From assembly GCA_002403205.1 (NCBI GenBank), contig DHHJ01000022.1, positions 24,105-88,104 of the forward strand: a DNA stretch of 64,000 nt, read 5' to 3'. Below, in pieces: positions 61,370-64,000 of this stretch (positions are counted from its first letter, which is position 1; every line of letters begins with the position of its first letter). The stretch comes from Anaerolineaceae bacterium UBA4775. Lineage in GTDB: Bacteria; Chloroflexota; Anaerolineae; Anaerolineales; Anaerolineaceae. The notes below the pieces were generated by a model. It was not told where the DNA came from, ran no database searches, and worked only from the letters and a program-made list of their open reading frames with translations. The position numbers were made by a program, and so were the translations under genes.

Positions 61370-61468
61370 ATTGAGCCTTGTGTTTAGCGCCTATATTGAT
61401 TATCCAAGGGACGCGCACTCAATCCTCGACTCTTTCACAGGGTTTAGGTAAGCATTCTAAACCTTGGA

Positions 61469-61707
61469 ATGACAATGTTAATCCCGCTCAATGGGGAATT
61501 CCTTACCTTTTATTTGCCGGATCAGCAGGCGGAAATTGATCTCCCGTTGATTGAACCGGTGGAACTGGCTGAGTTCCTGGGAGGGCTGGGGATATCTGCC
61601 CCAGAAGTGCAGCCTGTCGTCCTCACCGGTCAATTGCGGATTTGCACAGGGCGTGCATTCGCAACCGGGATGTGGTAATGATCTTACCGGGTATCGATGG
61701 GGGGTAA
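61469..61707 (+). pseudogene. Frameshifted MoaD/ThiS-like sulfur carrier
   Basis: Alternate frame ends DVVMILPGIDGG-stop at 61707; out of frame with the start. Confidence 0.7.
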
Positions 61708-61731
61708 AATGCAAAACGACGACTTGATGCT

Positions 61732-62467
61732 ATGGGACTTGAGCGATATACCCGGCACCTGTCGCTGCCAAACTTTGGTAAAACGGGGCCATTAAGGCTG
61801 AAGCAGGCCACGGCCCTGGTGGTTGGCGTGGGTGGGCTGGGGTCCGTCTCATCGCTGCACCTGTCGCGGGTGGGCGTGGGCACCATCGGGCTGATGCACG
61901 ATGATCTGGTCAGCCGAGATAACTTGCACCGGCAGATCCTTTACACAACGGACGATCTGGGTGAGTCAAAATTGGCCAGGGTGGTTGAAACATTAAAACA
62001 CCATAACCCGGAGGTGAATTTCATCACCTACCCGCACAGGTTAACCGGGGAGAATGCCCTCACCATCATCAGGAACTATGATCTGGTGATTGACGGGACG
62101 GAGAACGTCCAAGCCCGGCAGGTGATCAACCAGGCCAGTGTCAAGCTGGATAAACCTTATCTTCATGGCGCTGTCAACCTGTATGATGGCGAGGTGAGCG
62201 TGTTGTATACCTCACAGGGACCATGTTGGAGGTGCCTGTACCCCCATCGCTCTGGACATGGCCTGGAAAAAACGGCTGAACAATTGCCTGTGTTGAATAC
62301 GCTGCCAGCGGTGGTGGCTGCACTGCAGGCCACAGAAGCCATCAAACTGCTTCCCGGGGGTAGGCAAGCCCCTGATCGGGCAAGTGCTGCTTTACAATGC
62401 GCTTCCTACAGCCTTTGAGCGGATTGAGATCGGCAAAGACCCCCATTGCCCTGTGTGTGGAAGCTGA
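61732..62467 (+). pseudogene. Frameshifted ThiF/MoeB-like adenylyltransferase
   Basis: GVGGLG, NLHRQ, CWRC; C-terminal ..KDPHCPVCGS lies in another frame after CCCGGGGG. Confidence 0.75.
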
Positions 62468-62501
62468 AACGGGGAGGATAAAACAGACGACGTTACCGGA
62501 A

Positions 62502-63731
62502 TTAATTGGCTTCTGAGATGGTCACTTCAATTGAGCTTGGCAGGATTGCATCGACGTTGATCTGATCGTTATCGAGCAACACTTCTGGGGCTAACTGGTA
62601 CGTGCCAGGACCGCGGTCTGTTAGATCAAGCAGGACAAAGATGCTGGCCTGGTTGAGTTCATCGAGCAGTGGCAGCGGGCCAGAGAGGAAAATGTCCACG
62701 TTTTCGGGGGAAAACTCAGCCTGCAGACCCTCACCTAACCCTTCGATTTGAATAGTCACGTTTGAAAAACTCACGCTGCTTTGGATGGGGTCAATACCGA
62801 TCTGGACGGTTACATTTTGGCTGCCCACCACGTTGATCCCTTCGGGAAGGTTCAGGGCAACCCGGATTTCAATGTCTTCATTGGCCATGTTCAGGTTAAT
62901 CGGGGTTGTTTCCACAAAGCCGGGGATGGTCTCCACCAGGTTGGGGTCGGCAGAGAAAATTGTTACCGTGGGCGGCAAAGCGAAAATGTTGGTTAACCGG
63001 TAGCCCGAGGCGATCTGCCCGCTGGTGACGATCCTCACGACCACCGTTCTAAATCCACCGCGCTGGATGATGGGCACGGTGACCTGGATAGACGATGGGT
63101 TGAGCGTCACGCCTGAGACCGGGATGTTATCCGCATCCAATGGGACCAGTTCAATGACCCGCGTGACATCCTCTGCGGCATCCACGATGATTAAATCTGC
63201 GCTCACACTATCGATGGTGTCGATCAGGGATTTTGGGCCTGAGATCAGCACATTTTCCTGGCTCATTTCGGGCGCCTGCGCTTCGAAACCGATGCTGGGG
63301 CTGCCAATCACCCGCAGTTCAATCGGGAAGTTCTCTGTCACGACGGAATCCAGTTTGATGAAGATCGAAGAGGGGCTGATGCGAACGACTTCTGCCGGTG
63401 CCAGCCCGAGATTGACTTGTGGTGTGAGGGTATGGACTCCCGATTCCAACCCGGAAAGATCCAAAATCACGTCGATCAGGTTGGCATCATTTTCAAGCTG
63501 GGCATGAATGGAGGATGGCGCGCGGATGGCCAAGTTGAGCTGCTGGGCAATCTCATTAAGGATGGTCAGGTTGGGGTCCAGCCCGACAATTTCAATGGGC
63601 AGTGACCTGGGATACGTGCGGGTTTCTGTGGGGTCGGCCTGGGTGACCGCAAAGATCCACACAGCCGTCGCAAAGATGATAGCTGTAAACAGTGTGGGCA
63701 GGCTGCGGATAATTTTTCGGATGAACTTCAT
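62502..63731 (-). CDS. cdaR: CdaR/YbbR-domain regulator
   Basis: N-terminal TM plus repeated YbbR-like units; overlaps cdaA stop. Confidence 0.85.
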   Translation of the reverse strand: MKFIRKIIRSLPTLFTAIIFATAVWIFAVTQADPTETRTYPRSLPIEIVGLDPNLTILNEIAQQLNLAIRAPSSIHAQLENDANLIDVILDLSGLESGVHTLTPQVNLGLAPAEVVRISPSSIFIKLDSVVTENFPIELRVIGSPSIGFEAQAPEMSQENVLISGPKSLIDTIDSVSADLIIVDAAEDVTRVIELVPLDADNIPVSGVTLNPSSIQVTVPIIQRGGFRTVVVRIVTSGQIASGYRLTNIFALPPTVTIFSADPNLVETIPGFVETTPINLNMANEDIEIRVALNLPEGINVVGSQNVTVQIGIDPIQSSVSFSNVTIQIEGLGEGLQAEFSPENVDIFLSGPLPLLDELNQASIFVLLDLTDRGPGTYQLAPEVLLDNDQINVDAILPSSIEVTISEAN

Positions 63732-64000
63732 AATTCTTCCCCTTCTTTTTCAGCGTCTTCATCATCAGGGGATATTATCGATAACAAACTGGAGACCATG
63801 TTTTTCCCACCGACGAACTCTGTCGGTTGGAAGAACGCATAAAGGGTGTTTTTAAGGCGTTCCATGTTCAGGCGGCGGATCATTTTGCCGTCTTGCGCGA
63901 TGGATATGCTCCCGGTCTCCTCGGAGACGACCACGGCAATGGCGTCGCTGACTTCAGAAATCCCGAGGGCAGCACGATGCCGCAACCCTAAAGTACGTTC
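63728..64000 (-). CDS. cdaA: Diadenylate cyclase, 3' part
   Basis: GLRHRAALGISEVSDA..VVSEETG. Confidence 0.92.
   Translation of the reverse strand, partial: ERTLGLRHRAALGISEVSDAIAVVVSEETGSISIAQDGKMIRRLNMERLKNTLYAFFQPTEFVGGKNMVSSLLSIISPDDEDAEKEGEEL

Noticed and set aside
47427-62501. att-like direct repeats at the block edges (GGGGAGG)
   Set aside because: Only 7 nt and low complexity

Overview
Housekeeping-rich chromosomal window. Gene content, the DnaB-DnaD-tandem-DnaC locus and Pro/Thr-rich surface proteins suggest an anaerobic Chloroflexota (Anaerolineae-like) bacterium; this is inference, no search was run. It carries a peptide-type ABC operon, a replication-helicase operon, cbpA/pgl, CIRCE-controlled groES-groEL, a liv operon, a GNAT-MFS-GNAT-MFS cluster, serS, ferritin, yacL-cysS-rlmB, lepB, der, a ~15 kb sugar/glycerol block with three pseudogenes, and cdaR/cdaA. 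No rRNA, tRNA, CRISPR or transposase was seen. The most notable signals lie outside the supplied ORF track. (1) An Ile/Val/Leu-rich leader peptide with terminator/antiterminator logic precedes the liv operon. (2) A uORF plus two cross-pairing tandem terminators precede the GNAT/MFS cluster. (3) A 141-nt structured element sits inside that cluster. Also notable are a helicase loader with two fused AAA+ domains, a kinase-dehydrogenase-M24 hydrolase catabolic unit, and a PIG-L protein lacking its metal ligands.
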